A stretch of 59,834 nucleotides of DNA, from positions 1 to 59,834 of the forward strand of contig VGJJ01000002.1 in the NCBI GenBank assembly GCA_016867455.1, written 5' to 3'. Below are positions 44,564 to 53,618 of this stretch, in pieces (within the stretch, counting starts at the first letter, position 1; every line of letters begins with the position of its first letter). The notes below the pieces were generated by a model. That model saw only the letters and a list, made by a program, of their open reading frames with translations. It ran no database searches and was not told the origin of the DNA. The position numbers and the translations under genes are program-made. The DNA is from Candidatus Iainarchaeum sp. GTDB taxonomy: Archaea > Iainarchaeota > Iainarchaeia > Iainarchaeales > VGJJ01.

Positions 44564-45147
44564 GCTTTCACCCGTTCAGTAATCGTTTTCTTGGTTGTTT
44601 CCACCATGTGGGAAAATGTTTTCGTGTCCACGTGGTTTTTCAAATATGATTGGAATTGGGTCCGATTCATTTTAGAAGGCTCCTTCGCCGCGAATGCATC
44701 AACGTGTTTTCCGTGCACGCGTTCTTCTTTGGGGAACGACACCGCGTCAGCTTTGACTTTTACTCCTGCGTCAACAATTCCTTTGATGGCTGCAAACAAT
44801 CGGGTGCCGTGAATCACGGGTTGTATTCCGAAGTCAACAATGGTTTCGGCATCTTTTTGCACGCTCAACATGCGTTTTCCAGCCAAATATCCTGCCAAGT
44901 ATGCTGCGGGAACATTTCCGCCGTGTCCTTTGTATGTGTACTCGTTCAATTCTTTCGTGTGCGCGGACGCAACCACGGAATCTTTTCCATCGGTTGTTTG
45001 AATGAATTGCACGCTCAAATGGTTAGTTGATTTTCTCACTACGGCACGGGGCATTCCACTTTTAACGTATGCTAATCGTTTCGCGTAATTGGTTCTTCCT
45101 TCGTGTCGGCGTCGGAAGGGTGTTTGGTATGTGCTTGTTTTACTCAT
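44560..45147 (-). CDS. rpl18: 50S ribosomal protein uL18
   Basis: FRRRHEGRTNYAKRLAYVKSGMPRAVVRKSTNH. Confidence 0.92.
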   Translation of the reverse strand: MSKTSTYQTPFRRRHEGRTNYAKRLAYVKSGMPRAVVRKSTNHLSVQFIQTTDGKDSVVASAHTKELNEYTYKGHGGNVPAAYLAGYLAGKRMLSVQKDAETIVDFGIQPVIHGTRLFAAIKGIVDAGVKVKADAVSFPKEERVHGKHVDAFAAKEPSKMNRTQFQSYLKNHVDTKTFSHMVETTKKTITERVKA

Positions 45148-45581
45148 TTGGATTCACCTTCCACGACTTGCAATAAGTGTTTGGTTCCTCGGAAATAATT
45201 TCCTTTGACTTTGCGGTAATGCTGTGCATAATTTCCTTTGATTTTTCCGCTTGTCTTGAGTGTGCGCAATGTTTTTCGGAGGGCGCGGACGCGGTCAACC
45301 CATTGTTGTTTGGGTTGAGATCGTGCTTTCTTGGTTCCCGTTCGTTTACCGGGTCCTTTCTTTCGTCCGAGGACTTTCTTCGCGTGCAGGATGCGTGCGG
45401 CTCCGCGCGAATGTTGAGCGTCTCTTCGTTTGCGTACGATGCGTTGGGCAATCAAGTTGCGCACATCATCGCGGGTCATGGCTTCTACTGCTTTAGTCAT
45501 TTGAGCAGCGTCAATCCAGATTTTGCTCTCTCCAACGTTCATTATGTCGGCGGCCATTCGTTTGAGTTTTCTCGGATTCAT
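45144..45581 (-). CDS. rpl19e: 50S ribosomal protein eL19
   Basis: LKRMAADIMNVGESKIWIDAAQ...; basic C-terminal half. Confidence 0.92.
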   Translation of the reverse strand: MNPRKLKRMAADIMNVGESKIWIDAAQMTKAVEAMTRDDVRNLIAQRIVRKRRDAQHSRGAARILHAKKVLGRKKGPGKRTGTKKARSQPKQQWVDRVRALRKTLRTLKTSGKIKGNYAQHYRKVKGNYFRGTKHLLQVVEGESK

Positions 45582-45596
45582 ACGTTTTCGTCCTCT

Positions 45597-46286
45597 TTAG
45601 TTAAGCACCGGGATTTTTTTCTCGTTGGCTAATTTAATGAGTGCTATTTTCTTTTTGCGCCCAATGGTTCCGGAAATGCGCGCGGCTTGGTTCTTTTTGA
45701 CGTTGCTAAAGTCTCGCGCGGATTGGATGAGCACTTCTTTATATCCGGAGGGGTGCATTCCGCGGATAGCGCGTGGAGTGCGGTATCCTGATTGGACAAT
45801 CATTCCGTCGTCTTTGCGCAACAGCATGTCTTCTCCTCTCGGTTTGCGCCACTTGTCATACTTTGGATTTTTACGCGTACGAATATTTTTTTTACCGAAT
45901 CGTCCCCAGAATGTGGGTTTCCATTTTTGGATTAATTCGTTTTGCATGTCTTTGGCTTCGCTCGTTTTAGTGACTTTTTCTTTCTTCACCCATACTGCTT
46001 TCACGCCTTTTTTCTTCGCGGGTTTGTTGCTCGCGTGCTCTTTCTTGTCAGCATCTTTTTTCGCAGATGTTGTTTTAGCAGATGAGGCGGTTTTGCTTGT
46101 TTTTGCTTCAACTTTTGCTTCCGCTTTGGAAGTGTTTTCCGCGTGCGTGTGAGCATGTTCATGCGTTTGTTGAGCATTCGCTACGTTTGCAGGCGTGTTC
46201 GTGTTTTCTTTCGCGAGTTTCATGTTCGCGTGTTTGGCGGGCGTGACGACCGTGTTTTCCGTGTTCATTGTTTTTTCCGTACTCAT
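45597..46286 (-). CDS. rpl32e: 50S ribosomal protein eL32 with a ~110-aa N-terminal low-complexity extension
   Basis: The C-terminal core WRKPRGEDMLLRKDDGMIVQSGYRTPRAIRGMHPSGYKEVLI is eL32. The N-terminus is K/A/T/H-rich. Confidence 0.88.
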   Translation of the reverse strand: MSTEKTMNTENTVVTPAKHANMKLAKENTNTPANVANAQQTHEHAHTHAENTSKAEAKVEAKTSKTASSAKTTSAKKDADKKEHASNKPAKKKGVKAVWVKKEKVTKTSEAKDMQNELIQKWKPTFWGRFGKKNIRTRKNPKYDKWRKPRGEDMLLRKDDGMIVQSGYRTPRAIRGMHPSGYKEVLIQSARDFSNVKKNQAARISGTIGRKKKIALIKLANEKKIPVLN

Positions 46287-46825
46287 GCGGGCACCCCTTT
46301 GCTAGTAATGTAAATTCCATCTTGGAAGACGCGTTGGTCTTTCTTCACGTCGCGCGTGGCTTTTTCCATATTTGCAGCGGTTTGTGAAACATCTTCGAGA
46401 TTGTTTCCTGTTACGGTGATGTCTTTTCCTTTGATATCCACTTTCGTTTCTTTTCCGACAATTTTGCTTAATCGCGGGTTTTTTTCTCCTAAATAATTGG
46501 ATATTTCCACAATGTCTCCTTTGACTTTGATGTTCATGGGGAAGTGTGAGTGCACGACGGCAAGTTTGTAGGTGTATCCTTTTTCTAGTCCCTGAACGAG
46601 GTTTTTGACGTGGGATTCGTACGCGTTGAGCGTGGCAAATGTTAATCGTCGTTCATTCGCGGGGGTTAGTTTGACTTCTTGTCCGTGGGTTTCCACTTTG
46701 ACTTCAGGCGTTGAGAGTTCTTTGTGCACACTCTTTCCATTTTTGGTGAGAGTGAGCGTGTGATGGGTATACGTCACGCTGATCCCTGCCGGAATGGCAA
46801 TCGTGGTGTGTGTTGTTTTAGCCAT
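46283..46825 (-). CDS. rpl6: 50S ribosomal protein uL6
   Basis: 180 aa with two-domain uL6 pattern (IPAGISVTYTHHTLTLTKNGKSV...). Confidence 0.92.
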   Translation of the reverse strand: MAKTTHTTIAIPAGISVTYTHHTLTLTKNGKSVHKELSTPEVKVETHGQEVKLTPANERRLTFATLNAYESHVKNLVQGLEKGYTYKLAVVHSHFPMNIKVKGDIVEISNYLGEKNPRLSKIVGKETKVDIKGKDITVTGNNLEDVSQTAANMEKATRDVKKDQRVFQDGIYITSKGVPA

Positions 46826-46850
46826 ATATGTAACCTCGAGGGAATGTTTT

Positions 46851-47243
46851 TTAGTAGATGTACGCGAGTAAGCGTCCTCCGATGGCCTTTTCCTTACTCT
46901 CGGCGTGAGTCATGACTCCTTGCGAGGTGGAAACGATAATCGTTCCAATGTCTCGCGCAGGCAAGTAACGCATTTCGAATCGTTCGAATTCGTTTTTCTT
47001 GACCGCGTAGCGTGGCTTGATAGCCGACACGTGGTTTATTTTTCCGAGTAATTGTACGCGGTACATTTTTTTGTGTCGCTCTACCACTTCTTCCACATTC
47101 ATAATGTATCCTTTTTCTTTCATGACGCGGAGTATTTGTCCTAACAACTTGCTTCCAGGCGTAATCGTGATGGTTCGTTTGGAGGCGGCTTCGCTGTTCT
47201 GGATGTGCGTCAGCGCGTCGGCGATTGGGTCGATTTGGCTCAT
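46851..47243 (-). CDS. rps8: 30S ribosomal protein uS8
   Basis: DPIADALTHIQNSEAASKRTITI...GGRLLAYIY. Confidence 0.93.
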   Translation of the reverse strand: MSQIDPIADALTHIQNSEAASKRTITITPGSKLLGQILRVMKEKGYIMNVEEVVERHKKMYRVQLLGKINHVSAIKPRYAVKKNEFERFEMRYLPARDIGTIIVSTSQGVMTHAESKEKAIGGRLLAYIY

Positions 47244-47258
47244 CTTTTTTTTCCTCCA

Positions 47259-47453
47259 TTAACTGTATTTTTTGAATCCCATCATGGGTGCGAATTGCTT
47301 GAAGCAGCGTCTACACAAGTTGATGCCGTATTTGTGCACCATTCCCTTGTTGTTTCCGCAGTTCTTGCAGTAACTGTTTCTTCCTTCTTTCGGGCGTTTT
47401 TTTTGTTCCGCTTTCATGCGGGCTTTGGCTTCGTTCATCATGCGCATGTTCAC
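47259..47453 (-). CDS. rps14: 30S ribosomal protein uS14 (zinc type)
   Basis: CKNCGNNKGMVHKYGINLCRRCF. GTG start overlaps the rpl5 stop (GTGA). Confidence 0.9.
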   Translation of the reverse strand: MNMRMMNEAKARMKAEQKKRPKEGRNSYCKNCGNNKGMVHKYGINLCRRCFKQFAPMMGFKKYS

Positions 47454-47986
47454 CCTTGTATTTTCTCCACAATGTTTGTTCCAAATGTTGAATGCACAAA
47501 TTGCATGGCTTCATCTTTGGTAATCATGTGTTTCTTTCCCACACTCGCAGGTCGTACGCGTCGCTTCTTGACGCGGTAGCCCGGTCTTTCAAGTGTTACA
47601 AGTACATCAAATCCGCGGATTCCTAATTTAGGATCGTATTTTGCTCCGGGCAAGTCAATGTATTCTTTGATTCCGAAACCAAAATTGCCGGCCTTGTCAA
47701 AGCATCTCTTCGTGAGCGTGTTTTCCTTGGCTTGCAACGCGGTCTTGAGGAAGGATAATGCTTTTTGCTTGCGCAGCGTCACCTTGAGTCCGATAGGTAA
47801 TCCTTCGCGGATTCCCCATGCGGGAATTTTTACTTTACATCGTGTTTGCACGGGGGTCATTCCGGTGAGTTTCTTCATGATGTCCGAGGCTTTGTTCAAT
47901 GGTTCGCCCGTCTGTCCGACTCCCATGTTGATTGTGATTTTTTCCACGCGAATGGTCTTCATGCTTGTGTTTGTTTCCGTAGTCAT
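47450..47986 (-). CDS. rpl5: 50S ribosomal protein uL5
   Basis: Start moved to ATG 47986 (ATGA overlap with the rps4e stop). IRVEKITINMGVGQTGEPL. Confidence 0.92.
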   Translation of the reverse strand: MTTETNTSMKTIRVEKITINMGVGQTGEPLNKASDIMKKLTGMTPVQTRCKVKIPAWGIREGLPIGLKVTLRKQKALSFLKTALQAKENTLTKRCFDKAGNFGFGIKEYIDLPGAKYDPKLGIRGFDVLVTLERPGYRVKKRRVRPASVGKKHMITKDEAMQFVHSTFGTNIVEKIQG

Positions 47987-48732
47987 TTGGCTTTCACCCC
48001 ATTCCATGCGGTTTTCAACCACTCGGCAGTATTCGTGTCAATCACCATGACGTTGGATGCGGTGGTTTGGAATTTTTCGCTTCCTTCGGATAAGTTCACG
48101 AGCTTGTCGCGCTTCATGGTTCCTTCCACGATGGATTCGACTTTGGCGAGTTCTCCGACGTGGGATCCTCCCGTAATGAGAACGCGCCCTCCTTTGGCCA
48201 ATGATAAGTGTTCGGTCACGTTCTTTCCATCACTCGTCGTCAGGACAGAGTCTCCCACACTCACATCATTTTTGATGCCGCGGAATGTTTTTCCGTCATG
48301 TGTTTGAATGAGTAGTTTGTTTCCTTTGGCGAGGACTTTGTTGACTACTTTCACGGGCTTGTGTTTCAATTGACTCTCAACCAACTCCACGCAGACTAAT
48401 CTTCCTTTCGTGTCGAGGATGAGTCGATAATTTTTCTTCAAGCTGGGAATCGTTACCGTGTCGAACAATCCTACGGAGAATTGGTGCGTCTTGCGCACGT
48501 TTCCGTCCACGTGAACTAATCCTTTCGTGATGATTTGTTTAGCTTCTCGTAATGTGCGTGAGAGTTTGAGCATGTCGCGCACGACGAATCCTAATGGTAC
48601 GCTCGTTTGTTGGGAATGGGCGCCGGGTTTTTGTCGAATCGTCCACGTGGCTTCCTTTCTATTCAAGTGACGAATGGTTCCCACGGAGAGGCGTTTTTGT
48701 TTGTTTACAGTTCCTTTGTTTGCCATACGCAT
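47983..48732 (-). CDS. rps4e: 30S ribosomal protein eS4
   Basis: 249 aa with an S4 RNA-binding N-domain plus a KOW. Confidence 0.92.
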   Translation of the reverse strand: MRMANKGTVNKQKRLSVGTIRHLNRKEATWTIRQKPGAHSQQTSVPLGFVVRDMLKLSRTLREAKQIITKGLVHVDGNVRKTHQFSVGLFDTVTIPSLKKNYRLILDTKGRLVCVELVESQLKHKPVKVVNKVLAKGNKLLIQTHDGKTFRGIKNDVSVGDSVLTTSDGKNVTEHLSLAKGGRVLITGGSHVGELAKVESIVEGTMKRDKLVNLSEGSEKFQTTASNVMVIDTNTAEWLKTAWNGVKAK

Positions 48733-49118
48733 TACTCCTTTTTCCCACTCGCGAGTGTTTTAGTGCTCGTTGTTTTTTTCTTGATTCGTTTTTTGTCTTT
48801 CATGTCAATTCCAATAATCATGACGTTGCTCGGTCGGAATCCTAAGAAGGCTTCTTTTCCGTCTGTTTTTTTGCGCATGACTCCTTGAATGTACACTTTG
48901 TTTCGTTTTCGGTCCACTTGATTGACGTTTCCGCTCTTTCCTAAGTAGTCTCCGCGGAGTACTTTGACAGTGTCTCCTACGCGAACGGCGAGTGATCGCA
49001 CACCGTGTTTCGTGCGCAATTCCTTTGACAAAGGGGCAGCCATGTTTTTTCCTTGCATGCGTAAATCGGCCTCGTATTGGGCTTTTCGCTGCTTACCGGG
49101 ATTGATGGTTCCATTCAT
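48732..49118 (-). CDS. rpl24: 50S ribosomal protein uL24
   Basis: KOW motif VRVGDTVKVLRGDYLGKSGNV. TAATG junction with rps4e. Confidence 0.92.
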   Translation of the reverse strand: MNGTINPGKQRKAQYEADLRMQGKNMAAPLSKELRTKHGVRSLAVRVGDTVKVLRGDYLGKSGNVNQVDRKRNKVYIQGVMRKKTDGKEAFLGFRPSNVMIIGIDMKDKKRIKKKTTSTKTLASGKKE

Positions 49119-49130
49119 AATCGTTCACCT

Positions 49131-49529
49131 TTACACGACACCCGCGGATATTCCGGCAATTTTGGGGAATCGTTCCGCGACTTCTTTAGCAATAACTCCT
49201 TTCACTTCGGATGCTTTGGGCAATCCTTTTTCATCGACTAATACCACGGCATTGTCTTCAAATTTGATGCGCGTTCCGTCGGGTCGCTTGTATTCTTTCT
49301 TCACGCGCACAATCACGGCTCTTTCGACTTTGGATCGGATTTGGGGTTTTCCTGTTTTCACCACAATGTTCACCATGTCGCAGATTCCGGCTTTGGGTTG
49401 CATACGCTTGCGTGCCGTATGTCGGAACACGGAGATGATTTCGACAATCTTGGCTCCGGAGTTGTCGGCGCAGAAGCAGCGCGATTTTTTGGTGAGTCCC
49501 TTGACGGGAGAGGCACTAATGGCTTTCAT
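49131..49529 (-). CDS. rpl14: 50S ribosomal protein uL14
   Basis: CADNSGAKIVEIISV...VVLVDEKGLPKASEVKGVIAKE. Confidence 0.93.
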   Translation of the reverse strand: MKAISASPVKGLTKKSRCFCADNSGAKIVEIISVFRHTARKRMQPKAGICDMVNIVVKTGKPQIRSKVERAVIVRVKKEYKRPDGTRIKFEDNAVVLVDEKGLPKASEVKGVIAKEVAERFPKIAGISAGVV

Positions 49530-49903
49530 GCGGTTTCCTCCGATTTATTTTTTTCCTTTAGTTGAGCGTGTTTTGTTTCTTGATTCATTTCTTCGTGCAC
49601 CACATCTGATCGCGAGTGTCCCACGATTTCGGTGACGATGAATGCTTTCGTCTTGCTGATTTTTCGTGTTTCTCCTATTTTGACGATGTCGTTTTCTTTA
49701 GCGTTAATGTAATCCGGATTGTGTGCTCGGACTTTGGAGCGGACTTTCTTGTAACGTTCAAATTTGGAGTTGTATACCACAATCTCGCGCATCACGGTGA
49801 CTGTTTTGGGGGCTTTGGCACTCACGACGCGTCCAACGAATTCGTTTCCGCGCACAGGGTATTCGGGTTGGTGAACCGTACTTGTTTTCGTGTTTTTAGG
49901 CAT
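49526..49903 (-). CDS. rps17: 30S ribosomal protein uS17
   Basis: FVGRVVSAKAPKTVTVMREIVVYNSKFERYKKVRSKVRAHNP. Confidence 0.92.
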   Translation of the reverse strand: MPKNTKTSTVHQPEYPVRGNEFVGRVVSAKAPKTVTVMREIVVYNSKFERYKKVRSKVRAHNPDYINAKENDIVKIGETRKISKTKAFIVTEIVGHSRSDVVHEEMNQETKHAQLKEKNKSEETA

Positions 49904-50195
49904 AGTATTTTCCCCCGTTCTTTAATCGTTCAATCGGATTTCCCACGAGTTCGCTTCCTTCAATTTCGACGACTTCTCCGTCTAAGTCGAATGCGAACGT
50001 GCTCTCATTTTTGGGCAGTGTTTTTTCCATGTTATTCATATCTATCACAAATGTTCGTTGAGTTTCATTAATTATTTTTCCAATCAATCCTTTTTTGCTC
50101 GCGTCTACACTCTCAACCACTCTCATGGTGAGTCCGATGAGTTCGTGGATGGGAAGCACTTCCCTGTTGAGCGTGTAGTGGTTTGTTTTAATCAT
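49896..50195 (-). CDS. rnp1: RNase P protein component 1 (Rpp29/Pop4)
   Basis: ELIGLTMRVVESVDASKKGLIGKIINETQRTFVI. Conserved operon position between uL29/SUI1 and uS17. Confidence 0.85.
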   Translation of the reverse strand: MIKTNHYTLNREVLPIHELIGLTMRVVESVDASKKGLIGKIINETQRTFVIDMNNMEKTLPKNESTFAFDLDGEVVEIEGSELVGNPIERLKNGGKYYA

Positions 50196-50487
50196 GGATT
50201 GAGTTCTCCTTGAAGCCTTCTTGGATGAGGATTTTTTTCACTTCTTTTTTATGGTTTCCTTGCAACTCAATGCGGCCGTTTTCAATGGTTCCTCCGCACG
50301 CGAGTTTGCTTTTCAACGTTTTTGCCACTTCTTTTGCGATGGATTCTTCCAGACCTTCAACAATGGTGATATATTTTTTGAATCGTCGTTGTTCTGTTCG
50401 AATCGTTATTTTTTGGGTTTCCTTGGCGATTTGTCCGCAAACACAAATGTTTTTGGGCAATCCGCACGTGGCGCATACCGTTTCCAT
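50188..50487 (-). CDS. sui1: translation initiation factor aSUI1 (eIF1)
   Basis: CGLPKNICVCGQ...RRFKKYITIVEGL...LKSKLACGGTIENGRIELQGNH. Confidence 0.9.
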   Translation of the reverse strand: METVCATCGLPKNICVCGQIAKETQKITIRTEQRRFKKYITIVEGLEESIAKEVAKTLKSKLACGGTIENGRIELQGNHKKEVKKILIQEGFKENSIHD

Positions 50488-50489
50488 CC

Positions 50490-50747
50490 TTAGTGTTTCA
50501 CCTCTCCTTTTTTACTTGCTTTAATTTTCGCGGGCTTATTTTTACTCGCGTTCATTTCTTTTTCTTTCATGACTGTAAAAATGCGCGCGACTTGTTTGCG
50601 CAATCCTTTGGCTTTTCCAGGATTTTCAGGCCTTGTATTCGTTGACTTGGTGGCCTTTTCGCGCGCGAGTTCATTCTTCAAGTCTTTCAACTCGAGCAAT
50701 AACTCAGACGTTCCCATTCCTCGGATGTCATTCAGCTTTTTGTTCAT
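50490..50747 (-). CDS. rpl29: 50S ribosomal protein uL29
   Basis: LNDIRGMGTSELLLELKDLKNELAREKA; K-rich tail. Confidence 0.9.
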   Translation of the reverse strand: MNKKLNDIRGMGTSELLLELKDLKNELAREKATKSTNTRPENPGKAKGLRKQVARIFTVMKEKEMNASKNKPAKIKASKKGEVKH

Positions 50748-51565
50748 GCGGCATGACCTCCTTCGTGAGCGGGTGTGACGTTTTCGGCCACTGCTTCTTT
50801 TGTTTCCGTATTTTCAGCCTTGGCTTTTTTGGCGCGGGGCTTTTTCTCGGTTTTTGTTTCGGTTTTTGCTTCAACCGGAGTTGTTTCAACCGCGGGTGTT
50901 TTTTCCGTTGTTGGAGTAGTTGCGTCAACGGCTTTTGTTTCGTTGGCTACAACCGATTTTCGGTCTTTGAATACTTGTTTAACGTCCACTTTGTCCGGGA
51001 AGAAAACACCGGGTCGGATAATTCTTACTGTAACACCAATCGCACCCACTTTTGGGTAGGTGGTAACCTTGGCTTCGTCCACGAGCTTGGTTTGGTCTCC
51101 TACTTTCTTCATGTATCCTTTGATGAAGCGCACTTGTTTCTTTCGTCCGCCTTTTCCAGCGAGTTTTCCTGATAAGATGACTTCCATTCCTTGCGCTCCC
51201 GCTCGTTCGATATCTTGCACGGTTCGGAATGCAACGCTTCTCCAGGCGAATCCGCGTTCAATCATGTTCTTCATTTTGTCGCACACACTCTTCGCGTCCA
51301 AATCGGGTGTGGGTATTTCTTTGATCTCGAGTTGAGGGTTGTCTACTCCATACACTTTGGAAATAGTCTCCGTGAGTGTGCGAATGTTTTGTCCGCCTTT
51401 TCCAATAGCTAATCCAGGGCGTGAGACGTTCACAATAATCCTTGTTACAAGGGGTGTTTTCACCATGTCGAATCCGGTGAATCCTGCGCGTCCGAGTTCC
51501 TTTTTCAAGTACTGGTGCAGTTGGACTTTTTTGAGTCCTTGTTTTACGAACATTTTTTCGATCAT
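50744..51565 (-). CDS. rps3: 30S ribosomal protein uS3 (with a T/K/E/A-rich C-terminal extension)
   Basis: KH-domain N-terminus (FVKQGLKKVQLHQYLKKELGRAGF..) and a ~65-aa low-complexity tail. Confidence 0.92.
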   Translation of the reverse strand: MIEKMFVKQGLKKVQLHQYLKKELGRAGFTGFDMVKTPLVTRIIVNVSRPGLAIGKGGQNIRTLTETISKVYGVDNPQLEIKEIPTPDLDAKSVCDKMKNMIERGFAWRSVAFRTVQDIERAGAQGMEVILSGKLAGKGGRKKQVRFIKGYMKKVGDQTKLVDEAKVTTYPKVGAIGVTVRIIRPGVFFPDKVDVKQVFKDRKSVVANETKAVDATTPTTEKTPAVETTPVEAKTETKTEKKPRAKKAKAENTETKEAVAENVTPAHEGGHAA

Positions 51566-52039
51566 TTATCGCACCTCTCGGACAATAACTTCAATGTGAG
51601 CGCTCTTTGATTTTCGTGATTTTCCGCTGATTCTTCCTTGAGCTTGGTTTCGGATGCGTTGAAATCCATGAGTAGCGTTGGCGTGTACGATTTGTAGTTT
51701 TTTGACATCTAATCCTTTCACGTCCGCGTTTGCTCGCACCGTATTCAAGATGTTTAACCACACTTTACACGTGCGTTGAGGGTATCTTCCGGATTTTGTT
51801 CCCACGATGGCTTGTCCTTTGCGGTGAGGGACTTTCTTGTGGTACGTTCGCAAAGGTAAAAATGTTTTTTGCGATGCAACGTCGTTCAAGAATTTCACAC
51901 TCTCGTCTAAACTTTTTCCTTTAATCATGCGTGAGATTTCCAAGCTGTATTTTACACTCGCTGCTTGGTTGGTTGAGAAGGCACGCGCCATTCGTTGCGC
52001 GTCATACGTTCCTGCGTAGTTGTAGTTTGTTTTAACCAT
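51566..52039 (-). CDS. rpl22: 50S ribosomal protein uL22
   Basis: 157 aa; RMARAFSTNQAASVKYSLEISRMIKGKSLDESVKFL. Confidence 0.92.
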   Translation of the reverse strand: MVKTNYNYAGTYDAQRMARAFSTNQAASVKYSLEISRMIKGKSLDESVKFLNDVASQKTFLPLRTYHKKVPHRKGQAIVGTKSGRYPQRTCKVWLNILNTVRANADVKGLDVKKLQIVHANATHGFQRIRNQAQGRISGKSRKSKSAHIEVIVREVR

Positions 52040-52051
52040 ACATTCACGTCC

Positions 52052-52459
52052 TTACTTTGCTGTCACCGCGGATGAACTCTTCGTACTTCCGATTCCGGCC
52101 TTTCCGTGTTTGACTTGTTTGCGTGTCAACACGTATTCTCCCAATCGGTGTCCCAACATTTCGGGTTGGATTTCCACTGCTTCGAATGAATTGCCTTTGT
52201 GTACGGCAAATTTCAATCCGATCATTTGGGGGATAATGACAAAGTCCCTTGAGTGTGTCTTGATAGCCTTGAATGTAGGACCGGGTTTTGCTCCCTTGTG
52301 TGCGTTGTATGCTTCCTGCACCTTGTTGAGCGTAGCCTTGTCGAGTCCTCGCACCACGCTTCTTCGCGCGCGTGCGTTCGTGAGCTTGGCAAATTCCTCG
52401 AGCGAGAGCTGCTGCAATTCGTTGAGCGTTTTTCCCATGTACGTGAATTCTTTGGCCAT
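52052..52459 (-). CDS. rps19: 30S ribosomal protein uS19
   Basis: IKTHSRDFVIIPQMIGLKFAVHKGNSFEAVEIQPEMLGHRLGEY. Confidence 0.93.
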   Translation of the reverse strand: MAKEFTYMGKTLNELQQLSLEEFAKLTNARARRSVVRGLDKATLNKVQEAYNAHKGAKPGPTFKAIKTHSRDFVIIPQMIGLKFAVHKGNSFEAVEIQPEMLGHRLGEYVLTRKQVKHGKAGIGSTKSSSAVTAK

Positions 52460-52477
52460 GTTTTTCTCTCCTCGGGG

Positions 52478-53203
52478 TTAGTTCTTCTTTCTCCTTCCTG
52501 TGCGAGAGGAAGCAATGGCTCCAACCTTTCGTCCAGCCGGGGCGTTTCGTGCCGTTGACTTGGACTTTCCGGGGTGGTGCTGACTTCCTCCGAATGGGTG
52601 TGAGTTCGGGTTCATTGCGACTCCGCGAACAATCGAGTGTCTCTTCTTGCGAGCTTTCATCGCGTGGTGTTTCTTTCCCGCTTTGATGAATGGTTTTTCG
52701 ACGCGTGCACCGCAGGAAACGCTTCCAATGGTTGCACGTGCATCGGGGTGAACGCGAATCGTTTTCGTACTGGGAAGTTTGATGAGTACGTTGTTGGCTT
52801 CCTTCGTGACCACGAGTCCAAACACGCCGCTTCCGCGAACGAGTTTTCCACCGTCACCGGGGCGAATTTCCACGTTGAACACGGGCGCTCCTTCGGGGAT
52901 GTATTTTACAGGTAAAATGTTTCCAATTTTGACTTCGGCTTCTTTTCCCATTTCGATGCGTTGTCCCACGCTCAATCCTTCCGCAGCCATGTTGTATGTT
53001 TTGCGATTGTCTTCCAATTGGATGAGTGCCAGTACGGCTGTTTTCGTGGGGTCGTCCACGATGTCGATGACTTGTCCCAATACTTTTCCTTCTCGCTGAA
53101 TGGGAGAGTAAGGAACGTAGTGAATGTCTGCCACACCATTAAAACTGGCTTGGAATCGGTTGCTTCCTTTTCCTCGGCGCTGGTGGATGAGTCGCTTACC
53201 CAT
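52478..53203 (-). CDS. rpl2: 50S ribosomal protein uL2
   Basis: GSVSCGARVEKPF..MNPNSHPFGGSQHHPGKS. Confidence 0.94.
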   Translation of the reverse strand: MGKRLIHQRRGKGSNRFQASFNGVADIHYVPYSPIQREGKVLGQVIDIVDDPTKTAVLALIQLEDNRKTYNMAAEGLSVGQRIEMGKEAEVKIGNILPVKYIPEGAPVFNVEIRPGDGGKLVRGSGVFGLVVTKEANNVLIKLPSTKTIRVHPDARATIGSVSCGARVEKPFIKAGKKHHAMKARKKRHSIVRGVAMNPNSHPFGGSQHHPGKSKSTARNAPAGRKVGAIASSRTGRRKKN

Positions 53204-53204
53204 A

Positions 53205-53618
53205 TTAGATCACTCCCAACTTGGCGGCGAGTTCTTCGGCCTTGAATTTCTTGTCTAATTTAACAGTGACTTTCTTTCGTCCTTTCATGTCGTTGACGAC
53301 ATTTACTTTTTCGACTTTGACTTTGTACACTCGTTCAACGAGTTTCTTAATATCCGTCTTCGTGGCTTTTTCCGTTGCAATAAAGGAGAGTTTGTTTTCT
53401 TTTTCAATGAGTGTAATGGCTTTTTCAGTCATTAAGGGATATTGTAGCAAACCAAAGTCTTCCAATTCCATGGCAAATCCTTTCGTAGATTTGGCAGACG
53501 ATTTTTCTTCCTTCTCGGACTTTGTTTCCTTCGCGGTTTTTTCCTCGGAGACTTTTGCTTTCGCTTTTTCTTCGAGTTTAGCCTCTTGTGAGTTTGCCGC
53601 AAATGTTTTTTCAGCCAT
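53205..53618 (-). CDS. rpl23: 50S ribosomal protein uL23 (with a K/E-rich N-terminal extension)
   Basis: Start moved to ATG 53618 (TAATG junction with rpl4). Core LQYPLMTEKAITLIEKENKLSFIATEKATKTDIKKLVE. Confidence 0.9.
   Translation of the reverse strand: MAEKTFAANSQEAKLEEKAKAKVSEEKTAKETKSEKEEKSSAKSTKGFAMELEDFGLLQYPLMTEKAITLIEKENKLSFIATEKATKTDIKKLVERVYKVKVEKVNVVNDMKGRKKVTVKLDKKFKAEELAAKLGVI

Noticed and set aside
44142-44582. 146-aa Pro/Gly-rich plus-strand ORF.
   Set aside because: It is the antisense reading of the RGG-repeat region of rps5. The low-complexity mirror frame stays open by composition alone.
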